This document shows, in pieces, positions 46,705-56,438 of a DNA stretch of 64,000 nucleotides (positions are counted from its first letter, which is position 1; the number at the start of each line of letters is the position of its first letter). Position numbers and translations under genes: made by a program. Source of the stretch: a virus; the IMG/VR virus record IMGVR_UViG_3300021597_000002, positions 1-64,000 of that record; one strand, 5' to 3'. Below the pieces are notes generated by a model. The model had not been told where the DNA came from. It made no database searches and saw only the letters and a program-made list of their open reading frames with translations.

Positions 46705-47606
46705 GTCGCTACCCCACCCAAAGCATCAAACAACTGAGGCAGGAAGGCATCAAACTCACCAGCAAACAGAACCATATCAGCATCAAATCGCTGAGCGACA
46801 TCTTCTCTCGCAATATCGTCATTTTGGTCGGTCAGTTCGTCAGAAAACTTTAATCGCTTTAAGCTGCCATCATCCGACAAGATGAAGTCAACACGATCTT
46901 GCCAGTTGACTGCCAGCTTCGTTACTACTTTGTCAGCTTCAATGTGTGACTGAATTTCTTCAGAAGTCAGCTCTTGTTGTTTACAACGGATTTGACCGCC
47001 ATCTTCTAATACTGATTTTAGCTCTGCTTCCTCAAGCAATGAAAAACCGCTAGGAACTTCACCAGTCTTTAACCAATCAGTCAGAGTTACCTCAATCGCA
47101 GACGCAAACGTAACAGGAACCACCGGCAAAGAGCCGATTGTTTTTCTTAGCAGGGCTAAAACGTCTTCCGCTTTCTTAAAGCTGCTGGCATCAACAAAAA
47201 GCAATTCTTTTTTAGGGCAAATCCAAACATAAGTGGTATTGGTTCGTTTAAATGCTCGTGGTAGCAAATCAATGACGACATCATCCTTAATGTTGTCTTT
47301 CTCTTTTTTCTTGAGAGGTCGACCTTCCGCAGCTTCAAGAGCATCTATGCGCTCATTTACTTCCTCTTTGATTACCGATGCTGGCAACATTTTCTCTTGA
47401 AGACGAGCAGCAAGCAAAATCCAATCAGCACCGACATGCAATAGCTGATCGCTATGTTTACCCATTACTGGCGCCCACCCAAACTTCCGTTTGTCTTGCT
47501 CACCGCATGGAACGAACGCAAATTCAGACAGTTGCTCACTTAGTTGGTCGGGAGTGAGTTGAACTGTCCGAGAAAAGCGATAAGCCATGATATTTTTAGG
47601 CTTCAT
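46695..47606 (-). CDS. rdgC: Recombination-associated protein RdgC
   Basis: [34 protein letters not shown] and LKRLKFSD. Confidence 0.95.
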   Translation of the reverse strand: MKPKNIMAYRFSRTVQLTPDQLSEQLSEFAFVPCGEQDKRKFGWAPVMGKHSDQLLHVGADWILLAARLQEKMLPASVIKEEVNERIDALEAAEGRPLKKKEKDNIKDDVVIDLLPRAFKRTNTTYVWICPKKELLFVDASSFKKAEDVLALLRKTIGSLPVVPVTFASAIEVTLTDWLKTGEVPSGFSLLEEAELKSVLEDGGQIRCKQQELTSEEIQSHIEADKVVTKLAVNWQDRVDFILSDDGSLKRLKFSDELTDQNDDIAREDVAQRFDADMVLFAGEFDAFLPQLFDALGGVATCQ

Positions 47607-47633
47607 ACTCTGGGATCCTTCTTTCTTCTGGTA

Positions 47634-48050
47634 TTACTTTTTTTGAGTTGCAGCTGCAAGCTCTGCTTCCAACTGGCTTAGAATGGTGCGTTCTGAGCGC
47701 AGCGTTATTTGAGCACTGGTTAGGCGCTCACTTTGCTGTTCGATTTCGCGGCGAAGTTGTTCAGGATCACGAGGCGCAGTTTGGGAAATAAACTGATGCT
47801 TGTTTTCTCGAAGCTGTTCAAGGAATGGGCTATGACAGTCTTTATTGGCAGCATCAATATTAATCGACTCATAAGCTTGAGGATTAACACGACGGCAATA
47901 CTTGTGAAGGATTTCGCGGCAAGCGGCATACTTCATACCGTTTACTGCCGCGACATCTGAGGTTTTAGCGCCCTTTAGAATGGCGCACGCAATTTGTTCT
48001 TCTTTTCTGAGTGAGATTTCACGCTCTTGATTTGTCTCGGTCTTGTCCAT
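47634..48050 (-). CDS. Putative HTH protein with C-terminal coiled coil
   Basis: ILKGAKTSDVAAVNGMK..ACREIL helix-turn-helix-like segment. Confidence 0.55.
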   Translation of the reverse strand: MDKTETNQEREISLRKEEQIACAILKGAKTSDVAAVNGMKYAACREILHKYCRRVNPQAYESINIDAANKDCHSPFLEQLRENKHQFISQTAPRDPEQLRREIEQQSERLTSAQITLRSERTILSQLEAELAAATQKK

Positions 48051-48238
48051 TTCGATTTCAGCCTTCCAACGTCACCGCTAAGCCGTGGTACCGCGCTCTA
48101 CTTCAAAAGCGCTTTTGGTTGCCACAACAAACTTTTATCTTTTTGTTGTGCACTGTTTACCGTTTTTAGCGATGGCGAGAAACAACAAAAAAATGTTGTT
48201 TAATCTTTTCTCGACTGGATCAAAACTTCGCAGATCAA

Positions 48239-48535
48239 TCAGGTTTCAAACTCGATATCTCCAGACTCAACACCTTTAAGCACTTGCTTACCTTTTTCGG
48301 TGAGAGTGATCAAAGTTGGAGTACGGCGCATGGCTGGTATCTGCTTTCTTTCAACAGCGACCAAGCCTTGCTCTTTTAGCGACTCAAGTATCTGGTTTTT
48401 CTCTGCGGCTTTGATACCAGCATTGACATTAAGGCGTCGAGTGAGGTCGGTCATGGCAATGGTGTTCTTTTTCTCTTTCTTGAGAATAACAAGAACACGT
48501 ACCTCAGCGTTTTTTAGCATGTTGATATCCATCAA
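48239..48535 (-). CDS. Winged-helix (MarR-like) regulator
   Basis: MTDLTRRL...LESLKEQGLV...R....ITLTEKG. Confidence 0.7.
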   Translation of the reverse strand: MMDINMLKNAEVRVLVILKKEKKNTIAMTDLTRRLNVNAGIKAAEKNQILESLKEQGLVAVERKQIPAMRRTPTLITLTEKGKQVLKGVESGDIEFET

Positions 48536-48725
48536 ATTTGTTATCTAGTTGACGATTATCGCCATGCTACATGAAGGATGCACACTTACCAATCACCAAC
48601 TTACTCTTCACCGTTAGTTAGAACGCATTAAATTACGTCAATAATTACGTTTTTAATTACGCTATTGATTAACATACATCAAAGTGTTAATTTCTGTCCA
48701 CCACTTTGTTTTAAAGGGAAATTGG

Positions 48726-49091
48726 ATGTCACCGGAAATGGCTCACGTTACGTGTCGTGCTGAATTGACTTTAGAAAGTTTGAAGCAATTAAGAAAAGAT
48801 GCAGGAAAGCTCACAATTTATATCAGCGGACCAATGACAGGGCACCGCCATTTCAATCATCCAGAATTCTTCCGTATCGAAGAAATGATACAGGATGCCG
48901 GACACATCCCACTGAACCCAGCAAGAAACCCCAAAGGGTTAACTTACGACCAGTACATGAAGCTGAGCTTCTCAGATCTTTTTGTCTCGAATGCTGTTGT
49001 TCGCCTTAAAGGTTGGATGGAGTCAAAAGGCGCACTGGCGGAAGTGTTTGCTGCTCATTCCCTTGGATTAATGCTCATTGATGAAGAGTAA
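48726..49091 (+). CDS. DUF4406 / nucleoside deoxyribosyltransferase-like protein
   Basis: IYISGPMTG..FN..F, LNPA and LKGWMESKGALAE. Confidence 0.85.
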   Translation: MSPEMAHVTCRAELTLESLKQLRKDAGKLTIYISGPMTGHRHFNHPEFFRIEEMIQDAGHIPLNPARNPKGLTYDQYMKLSFSDLFVSNAVVRLKGWMESKGALAEVFAAHSLGLMLIDEE

Positions 49092-49443
49092 ACGTTCTTT
49101 AGTCGATGCAGCCATAGAGCTTGCAAACAACCAAGTAGAGCACACCCCAGAAGTGTGCTCTCACTGCAGCGGGAAAGGTGAAACCAAAGGGTTATTCTCT
49201 GCTAAATGGGAATGCCTTCATTGTGATGGGCTTGGTTATACCGGCGATCCAGTAGCAATAGCTAAATGGTTTAAAAGTGCGCTAATTCAACGAACCGAAA
49301 AGATACAACAGCTTGGTTCACACTGCGGCAGATTGAACGATGAAAATGATGTGCTCAAAGTTATCTATCCCGATTGGGAGCAAAAACTAAAAGAGCACTA
49401 TGAACAAGAAACCCACGATAAGTGCAGATCACGGTTTGACTGA
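49081..49443 (+). CDS. DnaJ-type zinc-finger protein
   Basis: CSHCSGKG and CLHCDGLG. Confidence 0.7.
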   Translation: MKSKRSLVDAAIELANNQVEHTPEVCSHCSGKGETKGLFSAKWECLHCDGLGYTGDPVAIAKWFKSALIQRTEKIQQLGSHCGRLNDENDVLKVIYPDWEQKLKEHYEQETHDKCRSRFD

Positions 49444-49461
49444 CTGTGAATGGAGGCGGAA

Positions 49462-49721
49462 TGTCAAACCACCAGCAACGATATACACGATGGCAGCGTA
49501 TTAAAACACTAGGCTTCCATGATTTGCTAATTCGCTTTTCCTCTCCATACAAACTCCATTTCTTGGCTGGATTGCACGCCATATCTATCAACCATGGTGC
49601 CAACATCACTAAGGAAGTGACCTCCCTTAAAAGCGCATTCTCTGATTTAGATACGGAAAAGGCAGCAACCGCCATCATATTTCACCCGCAATTTGGGAAA
49701 ACCAGCAACAAAAAGGGATAG
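49462..49721 (+). CDS. Hypothetical protein
   Basis: GGAGG RBS; in an operon before dam. Confidence 0.6.
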
Positions 49722-49722
49722 C

Positions 49723-50565
49723 ATGAAACCACTAATCAAATGGGCAGGCGGCAAAACGTGGCTTGCCAAACGTGCAGAGCGCATTGTTAATGACATTGCA
49801 CCAGAACGAGTCGTAGAGCCTTTCGCCGGCTCTGCAGCATTTTCTTTGTTTTATGAATTTAACAACGTCACCCTCAATGATGCTAACCCCGCCCTTATCA
49901 ATTTGTATAAGCAACTCTCCAACGGGTATGAAATAGATCCAAACGATTTCTTGCTAGAAGAGGAGTTCTTCTATTCTGCCAGAGAGGAACTGAATAACTC
50001 TTTACTGCCTGGTCAGGAGCTAGGCGAAAGGGAAGCTGCCCTTTTTTGGTATCTATGCAAACACTCTTTCAATGGGCTTGTTCGCCAAAGCAAACGAGAA
50101 GGCAAATTTAACATGCCGTTTGGTGACTATAAGGGCATCGCCACTCCACCGGACACAAAAGAGTTTATGCGAGTCGCTAAAAACTGGACCTTTAATTGCG
50201 GTTGCTTCTCAGCGGTAGATATATCCGATGCTCAGATGGTCCTAATGGATCCTCCTTATGAGAAAACATTTAACGGCTACACCAAAGATAAAAATGAAAA
50301 CTTACAAGATCGCATTGTTAGTATGCTTAGTGGCTACGATGGTGCTGTAATCGCCACTAACACGCTTTTGCCTGAACTTACCCATATCTACCGAGAGGAG
50401 GGCTTTACCGTCTATAAAACGCCTGTGAGGCGCTCTATCAGCTGTAAAGGGAGCGGGAGAGGTAAAACATTTGAAATGATCGCACTTAGAGGGTTTTCTA
50501 AGAAGCAATTTAGGCGCTACATGGATGGGTTACAACCTTACTACCCTAAACCAGTGAACGTTTGA
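49723..50565 (+). CDS. dam: Dam-family DNA adenine methyltransferase
   Basis: KWAGGK, EPFAGS, FNGL, FNMPFG, DPPY and RRSIS. Confidence 0.9.
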   Translation: MKPLIKWAGGKTWLAKRAERIVNDIAPERVVEPFAGSAAFSLFYEFNNVTLNDANPALINLYKQLSNGYEIDPNDFLLEEEFFYSAREELNNSLLPGQELGEREAALFWYLCKHSFNGLVRQSKREGKFNMPFGDYKGIATPPDTKEFMRVAKNWTFNCGCFSAVDISDAQMVLMDPPYEKTFNGYTKDKNENLQDRIVSMLSGYDGAVIATNTLLPELTHIYREEGFTVYKTPVRRSISCKGSGRGKTFEMIALRGFSKKQFRRYMDGLQPYYPKPVNV

Positions 50566-50760
50566 GGATAAAAACGTGAGGATTTGAGGTGAATCGTGAA
50601 GTGATGACTCCGTAGAACACCCCCATCAACACCACGCCAATACTAATTAAAGTCTTGAATAATATGGCTTTTGTAAAAACTCAAAAGCTCATTGTTATCA
50701 TTAGTTACCCCATAAACCGTGAAAGACAGAAGGCATCTTTCACGGTTATACTTCAAATTA

Positions 50761-51807
50761 TCACGCTTTTTCTTCAATCTCTTGAGCAGCTTCTTCAGAT
50801 TCTCTCAGTTTTGAAAAGAACCCACTGCCAAAATCGTGCCCTTCAGTACCAATCCTCACCAAATGTTCTTTTAGATTATTAATTTCCTCAATGGACGGAA
50901 TGCATCGCTTATCAACAACGTCGGCAAATGTCTTTAATGCATCCTCGTAGGTCAGATTTTTCTCAACCTTAACGCCGACCTCTTTTTCCGGCAATTGCCA
51001 CTTAAAAAGAAACTTAATCCCGACTACTTTTCTACCTTCTTTGATGTAAGAGAATCCGTAGTTCCCTGTTTTGTCATCGATCAGGAATCTAATATGGGAC
51101 TCTTTCTCATCAATTTCTTGAATCGCTGGTTTAATGATCCGCTTGATAAAGTTAGCGTTTACAGCATAAGTCTTTTTCAATAGCGTCCCTTGCCTATCTA
51201 ACAAACCAAAGAAACCATGGAGGTCTTCAATCGTTTGTGGGTGCAGCTCAGTGTTAGGGGATTTGAACCGGCAAAGCATGGTATACAATCTTTTGCCATG
51301 CTCCGTTTTTATTTGTCGGAATGATTTATGTGGAATTTGAGCGTGACCTTGGGATATCCCTAAATACTCTGTGATCAGCTCATCATTAGGTTTGATGGTT
51401 AGCGTGCCATGTTTGTACTTAACTCGCTTAAACAAAGGGATAAAGTCGAAAGAATCACCTTCCTGTATCACACCTATTTTCTTACCTGCCAATCGTTCTG
51501 ACGGCTTATAGAGGATGTTATAAAGGTCTTCCTTTTCCACGCAAAACCAGTCGCAAAGCACTTTGCTTTTAAACTCATAGCTAGGTGATATCGGTGTTTT
51601 CCCTGCCATAAAGTCTTCCCACTGGTCTTTATGCAACCGTGACAGTAATAGAGCAAAAATATCGTGCTCCACTGGTGATAACGACAGTCGGGAAAAGACA
51701 AGCGCATGAGATTTTTTGAAAAAGTCGCTATGGATATCGGCAGACACTGCACTTGTGATTGTTCGTTCTTTTGGCAACTTTTGCTCAGGGGCGTCATTGT
51801 CATTCAT
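50761..51807 (-). CDS. Plasmid replication initiator (Rep_3/RepB family)
   Basis: KSHALV, RLYTML and IIKPAIQEI..K...GRKVVGIKF; adjacent iterons. Confidence 0.85.
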   Translation of the reverse strand: MNDNDAPEQKLPKERTITSAVSADIHSDFFKKSHALVFSRLSLSPVEHDIFALLLSRLHKDQWEDFMAGKTPISPSYEFKSKVLCDWFCVEKEDLYNILYKPSERLAGKKIGVIQEGDSFDFIPLFKRVKYKHGTLTIKPNDELITEYLGISQGHAQIPHKSFRQIKTEHGKRLYTMLCRFKSPNTELHPQTIEDLHGFFGLLDRQGTLLKKTYAVNANFIKRIIKPAIQEIDEKESHIRFLIDDKTGNYGFSYIKEGRKVVGIKFLFKWQLPEKEVGVKVEKNLTYEDALKTFADVVDKRCIPSIEEINNLKEHLVRIGTEGHDFGSGFFSKLRESEEAAQEIEEKA

Positions 51808-52318
51808 AACTATTACCTTTTACTCCGGTGCTTCTTGCTAACTATGACTCTTTGTTGCTAAGGGGCTTTTAATTATTACCCTTTACTCCGGAAAAGCCGG
51901 AGTAAGAAGTCATTTATTGTGATTTATTGCCTTTAATACCGGAGTAAGAAGTAATAGTAAAGGTTTTATAGAGAGTTTTGAGCGCCAAAGCGGAGTAAAA
52001 GGTAATAGTTATAGAAAAAATCAACGAATCAAGGACATAAATAGCCATTTATCAACAAACTTACACCTCAAGCCGGAGTAAAAGGTAATAGTTACCGGAG
52101 TAAAACGATCTATCTAGCGGAGTAAAAGGTAATAGTTACCGGAGTAAAGTGATCTAGTTACCGGAGTAGAACGATCTAGTTACCGGAGTAAAAGGTAATA
52201 GTTTGTTCTGTAAGCTATTGACCCTAAAGGTTTTTTAGCGCCCTATATATCTTTATAGATCTTTATAGATCTTCATAAATAAAATATAACTATTATATAA
52301 GTGTGGATTTGTGGATAA
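51808..52318. repeat. Iteron origin 1
   Basis: Six tandem 22-mers (C/G)CGGAGTARARNG... at 52073-52204, about five dispersed or inverted copies at 51808-52011, AT-rich TTTATAGATC repeats, and DnaA box TGTGGATAA at 52310-52318. Confidence 0.9.
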
Positions 52319-52394
52319 CTAATTTAGTCACCTCCTTAGCCTAACATGTCAAACGCCCCTAACTAGATGGCAACTTCCAAGTGATAACAAATAA

Positions 52395-52442
52395 GTATCT
52401 ACCTGATACCTGTTAAGTGTCGTTGTGGTGTTTTATGGGTAT
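52395..52442. promoter_or_regulatory. 11-bp-phased tetramer array upstream of parA (candidate parS/operator)
   Basis: GTAT, ATAC, GTGT, GTGT, GTAT at 52395, 52406, 52417, 52428, 52439. Confidence 0.6.
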
Positions 52443-52494
52443 CAATTAAGCTTTTATGTGCTATGATAAGCCCACACAAAAGAAGGAGATGCTC

Positions 52495-53154
52495 ATGATT
52501 ATCTTAGTTTTTGGGCAAAGAGGGGGAGCAATGAAGTCTATTTGTTCCCAAAACTTAGCCGTAGAACTTGCACACCGCCAACATTCAGTTTGTCTGGTTG
52601 ATGCAGACCCGGGTGGCACCACTACAAACTTTGGCGCCTACCGTGAAGAAGAAGGTGTTGAACCTGAAATCTTCTGTGTCCAGAAGAAAGGGAAGATCAC
52701 TAAAACCCTGCAGGAGCTGGATACAAAATACGATTATGTGATTGTTGATGTACAGGGAAACATCGAGCCTACACGCACACAAGAAATGCGTAGTGGTTTG
52801 TTAGCAGCTCATATTGCACTTGCTCCTTTCAAACCCACTCAGGACCACAGGGATAGCATTCTAGATGTACAGGATCTGATTGATTCTGCCAAAGATTTCA
52901 ATTCCAAATTAAAAACGTTTTGCATGGTCTCGATTGCCTCGACCCATATTGCGAGAAAGCAAGACATTATTTTCACCAAAGACACTCTGAAAAAGTTCAG
53001 CACCATGGAAGTTCTCGATACTGTGACATACAACCGAGTGGTGTACAGCGATGCCTACGCTGTTGGTCGAGGCGTAAGAGAAATGAACGATACAAAAGCA
53101 AAGGAAGAAATGAACGCCTTAGTTGAAGAATTACTGGAGAAAGCAAATGGCTGA
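52495..53154 (+). CDS. parA: Type Ib ParA/ParF partition ATPase
   Basis: QRGGAMKS Walker A variant, LVDADP, YDYVIVD and RVVYSDA...GRGV.E. Confidence 0.88.
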   Translation: MIILVFGQRGGAMKSICSQNLAVELAHRQHSVCLVDADPGGTTTNFGAYREEEGVEPEIFCVQKKGKITKTLQELDTKYDYVIVDVQGNIEPTRTQEMRSGLLAAHIALAPFKPTQDHRDSILDVQDLIDSAKDFNSKLKTFCMVSIASTHIARKQDIIFTKDTLKKFSTMEVLDTVTYNRVVYSDAYAVGRGVREMNDTKAKEEMNALVEELLEKANG

Positions 53155-53485
53155 TAAACAAAAACGATTTAGAGAACCTATCCGCAAAAACCAAGAAGCT
53201 AAAAAAGATGCCGATGCTTTCATCAATGGTGACGTAAGTTCTCAGTCAAACGAAGAAGTTCAACTGGAATGGCATGAAGCATTAGAGTCTACTGACAAAA
53301 CAAAATCGTCAGAAAAGCCAGTGCATATCAACTTGAATGAATATTACCGCGAATGGGGTACTAAATTAGCTGAATTGGACCCTCAATTTGCTAACAGAAA
53401 ACACCTTTGCCAAGTTTTAATCGCAGAAGGCATGAATAAGCTCATTGAGAAAACTCTTAAAGAGCAAAAGAAAAAAGAAGCATAA
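53147..53485 (+). CDS. Putative centromere-binding protein (ribbon-helix-helix)
   Basis: Overlaps the parA stop; flexible N-terminus with DAFING, then VHINL strand and two helices. Confidence 0.65.
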   Translation: MADKQKRFREPIRKNQEAKKDADAFINGDVSSQSNEEVQLEWHEALESTDKTKSSEKPVHINLNEYYREWGTKLAELDPQFANRKHLCQVLIAEGMNKLIEKTLKEQKKKEA

Positions 53486-53512
53486 AAAAGGAGCCGACAG
53501 GCTCCTTTTTTT
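53484..53512. terminator. Bidirectional intrinsic terminator
   Basis: AAAAAAGGAGCC-GACA-GGCTCCTTTTTTT. Confidence 0.8.
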
Positions 53513-53604
53513 AAACTAATAACCATGCTGATAACATAGGAACAAAGTTCCTAAAACATTATTGATTATTTGCTGGCTTCGCCAGCTAAAGGTCTAGCAA
53601 GGCG

Positions 53605-54636
53605 TTAATCGTAAAAGCCTGCGTCCATAGAAGCATTAATGCTAAATGGATCGTTCTTATCGCCTCTCTCGTCTGTTTCTGCTGATTGCTTAACAAACGT
53701 TTTTTTATGCCCTGCTATTGGTAGGTGCTGAGTGCTGATATTGGCGGTATCCATAATCATTTGCATAATGGACTCCATACTCTCTTCACTGTCAGCATTA
53801 ATCAATGCATCAAGAACCTGATCAGTTATCGCAACATGGCTACGCTCTTGTAGTTGTTTAAAGAACTGCTCACGATTTGTCTTTTCAGATTTCAGCGTTT
53901 CTGTTTCTTCAGTGGCACTGTCCAAAAGTTGTTGAAGCTCTTGGGCTTTCTCATCTTGATCTGCAATTACCTGCTGAGCATCAAGCAACATGCCTTTAAA
54001 ATGAGCCGACTCAAACGCCATGGAGGCGTTGAACGAATCCAATACCATTTCTCGCTCATCTTCAGGTACGCCGGCACTGGTTAGATTATCGAGGACCGCT
54101 TGGCGATCAAATTCATCTTCTGCAGATGCAGAATCCAACACATAGCCACGGTTGCCAGCGAATAACGGGTTATGTACATAATCAAAACCATAAAACCCAT
54201 TAATAAGTGTGTTGCCCCCAACTTTGCCACCACCACAAGCCCACGAAAAACCACCAATACGAGAGTTGTGTAACCCAAGAAGCTTACGCCCTTCGTCATT
54301 GTCCAATACCTCTTGGGTGTGAGTTAGGTTGCCATCGTCATCAATAGACAAACCTACAGTCACACAGGCAGGAATAGCGTTAACAACGGTCATTTGTCCA
54401 TTAGGCAAGTGAACGGGTAAAGTTTCCCCCAGAGTAAGCTTGCCAGCCATTTCACGAAGACCATGTGAGACATACCCCACCAATTCTCGTAAACGCAAAC
54501 GCTCTTCCACTTCAGGCGCTGTCAGCACCGACTTGACGTTATCAAGAATGTACCCACGTTGTTTGCCCGTATACTTTCTACCTGTATCAAAAATATTGAA
54601 TGTACAGGTAATACTTTGCAGGATTTTTTTAGACAT
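53605..54636 (-). CDS. pro: Prohead protease / head-processing protein (P1 Pro-like)
   Basis: GYVSHGLR, GGFSWA and GFDYVHNP; follows the portal gene as in P1. Confidence 0.8.
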   Translation of the reverse strand: MSKKILQSITCTFNIFDTGRKYTGKQRGYILDNVKSVLTAPEVEERLRLRELVGYVSHGLREMAGKLTLGETLPVHLPNGQMTVVNAIPACVTVGLSIDDDGNLTHTQEVLDNDEGRKLLGLHNSRIGGFSWACGGGKVGGNTLINGFYGFDYVHNPLFAGNRGYVLDSASAEDEFDRQAVLDNLTSAGVPEDEREMVLDSFNASMAFESAHFKGMLLDAQQVIADQDEKAQELQQLLDSATEETETLKSEKTNREQFFKQLQERSHVAITDQVLDALINADSEESMESIMQMIMDTANISTQHLPIAGHKKTFVKQSAETDERGDKNDPFSINASMDAGFYD

Positions 54637-56293
54637 TTTCCTCTCCCATCAGCTCTGCAATGCAGCTGTAAATCATGGTTTTCAGTTGATTATGGCTATC
54701 TGGATCGGAAACCGAGTCCAGAACCTTGTCGACTTCATCCTGATCACCATCTTTCGCAGCCTCTATCAGTTGCTTAAATGTTTCTTCACTCACACGCAAA
54801 ACATCAGTAAAGAGCCAGTTTGAAGTCTGTTTAAAGTTGAACTTGTTGAGTTCGGGATCGAGCATCTGCATTAGCGTAACAACTGACGTTGCGAAGTTAA
54901 TTCTTGACTCCCTCGCCGTCGCTTCTTCACGTTCTAATACGTTATTTAAGCTGTTAAACTCGATACGCCATGGTTTGTCTGTTTCCGTATAAACCTTGCC
55001 CCATTTCATCAACACATGGATTTCACAGAGCTTTTCTGCACCAGCCTTGATCGCTCGGCGGATTAGATTAGCCTTGATTGCAGCAACCATAGATTGCGTC
55101 CACCAGCCACCCTCACCAAGACCACCACTCATATCTTCAGTAAAGCCAACGAGTGATTTATCCACGCCTAGCGCACTACACAGACGATTGACATGGAAGT
55201 TTACGTCTTCGATATGGCTAATATTGACATCCGACTGCTCGGTTTGAATGTTTACTTGACCTGAACCGTCAGCGGTAACTGGCAGAATATGGTTGTCTAT
55301 TGTTGAAATATGCCCACGTTTAGCTGAGCGCTTAGCCGACAGGTTCAACTTTCGCTTTAACGCCCCCAAAATGGTGTTGTAATACTGAGCTGCTAGAGTT
55401 GGGTTTTTCTTACCGGTCTGGATTGTGATGAATCGGTCTCGCTTCGCAGCGTTCTTACGTGCTGAGTTGAGTGACAATATGGCTTCATTTAAATCAACCC
55501 ATGGATCATAAGCTGAGCGTAACAGACTGGAACCGTAGTCCTGTGTTTCGACCGGCTCTTCATTCAGGTAGTCATCATCATTAATATCAAATGCCAATGG
55601 GTTTAAACGCACAGGTTCAATAAGCGTGCTGCCGTGACCATCCCATTTAGGGATTTTAAATTGGATAAATTTCCACGGCTCCATAAGCTCAACAAGCCCT
55701 TTCTTCTCAAGGCTTCGTTGGTATTTTGAAGTGTAGCCACACAATAATCCTGCTCGCTCATAGCAACGGATATGAGCAGGGTGTGTATAGTGGTCAAATC
55801 GAATGTGAGTGATCCCTTTTTGTGGCTCGATATAGGGACGCACATAACTCAGACCGTATTTAGCGGCTTGAAAAGCTATTGCTTCGGCATTTTCGTTTAA
55901 CCAGCGACCGATAGTGTTTCGCAGGTCCTTAACAATTTTGTCTCCCTCCCCTTCTTTGGTAGAGGCAATAAACAAAATTTCTTGAGTGTCGGTTTTGGCA
56001 GACAGAGCATTGGCAACATGCATCTTTAGGGCGCTGTCGATAGTCGGATCGACTGCCATTTCTTCATATCTCAAATAACCAGCACGACGATTGCGAGGGA
56101 ACGGCTCAATCAGCTTTTCGGTTTCTGACTCAGAGTTAGCTCCCTCTTTGCCTAGTAAATCATCAAGCTTGCCTGCATCCTCATAGTCGAAACCTGATTC
56201 TGCCAGCTCTAAATGACCGCTATGGTCATCGTCTTGCTGACCTTGGAACATTTGTGAGAGTTGTTGCCACCACCTCTTTTTTTTCTCAGCCAT
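54629..56293 (-). CDS. prt: Portal protein (P1 Prt-like)
   Basis: 554 aa; YEEMAVDPTIDSAL, YGSSLL and SGGLGEGG; synteny. Confidence 0.8.
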   Translation of the reverse strand: MAEKKKRWWQQLSQMFQGQQDDDHSGHLELAESGFDYEDAGKLDDLLGKEGANSESETEKLIEPFPRNRRAGYLRYEEMAVDPTIDSALKMHVANALSAKTDTQEILFIASTKEGEGDKIVKDLRNTIGRWLNENAEAIAFQAAKYGLSYVRPYIEPQKGITHIRFDHYTHPAHIRCYERAGLLCGYTSKYQRSLEKKGLVELMEPWKFIQFKIPKWDGHGSTLIEPVRLNPLAFDINDDDYLNEEPVETQDYGSSLLRSAYDPWVDLNEAILSLNSARKNAAKRDRFITIQTGKKNPTLAAQYYNTILGALKRKLNLSAKRSAKRGHISTIDNHILPVTADGSGQVNIQTEQSDVNISHIEDVNFHVNRLCSALGVDKSLVGFTEDMSGGLGEGGWWTQSMVAAIKANLIRRAIKAGAEKLCEIHVLMKWGKVYTETDKPWRIEFNSLNNVLEREEATARESRINFATSVVTLMQMLDPELNKFNFKQTSNWLFTDVLRVSEETFKQLIEAAKDGDQDEVDKVLDSVSDPDSHNQLKTMIYSCIAELMGEENV

Positions 56294-56322
56294 GATTCTC
56301 TCGCCTGTTAATTAACATCGAG

Positions 56323-56367
56323 AGAGTAACGAGCAGTGGTTAGAGGTGCATCAACACAGATTTGTTT
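56323..56367 (-). promoter_or_regulatory. Candidate activator-dependent promoter of portal-protease
   Basis: AAACA-N6-TGTTG (56352-56367), 23 nt, then TACTCT. Confidence 0.6.
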
Positions 56368-56438
56368 GAGTGGGACTTGGCGGGTATCTTGTAAGTATTT
56401 AAAGGGTATCGTATTGATACCCTTTATTTCATTGCGCT

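Noticed and set aside
50598-50642. Additional regulon promoter downstream of dam
   Set aside because: Only one half-site, the hexamer at the expected position is CACTTC, and it would be antisense to dam.
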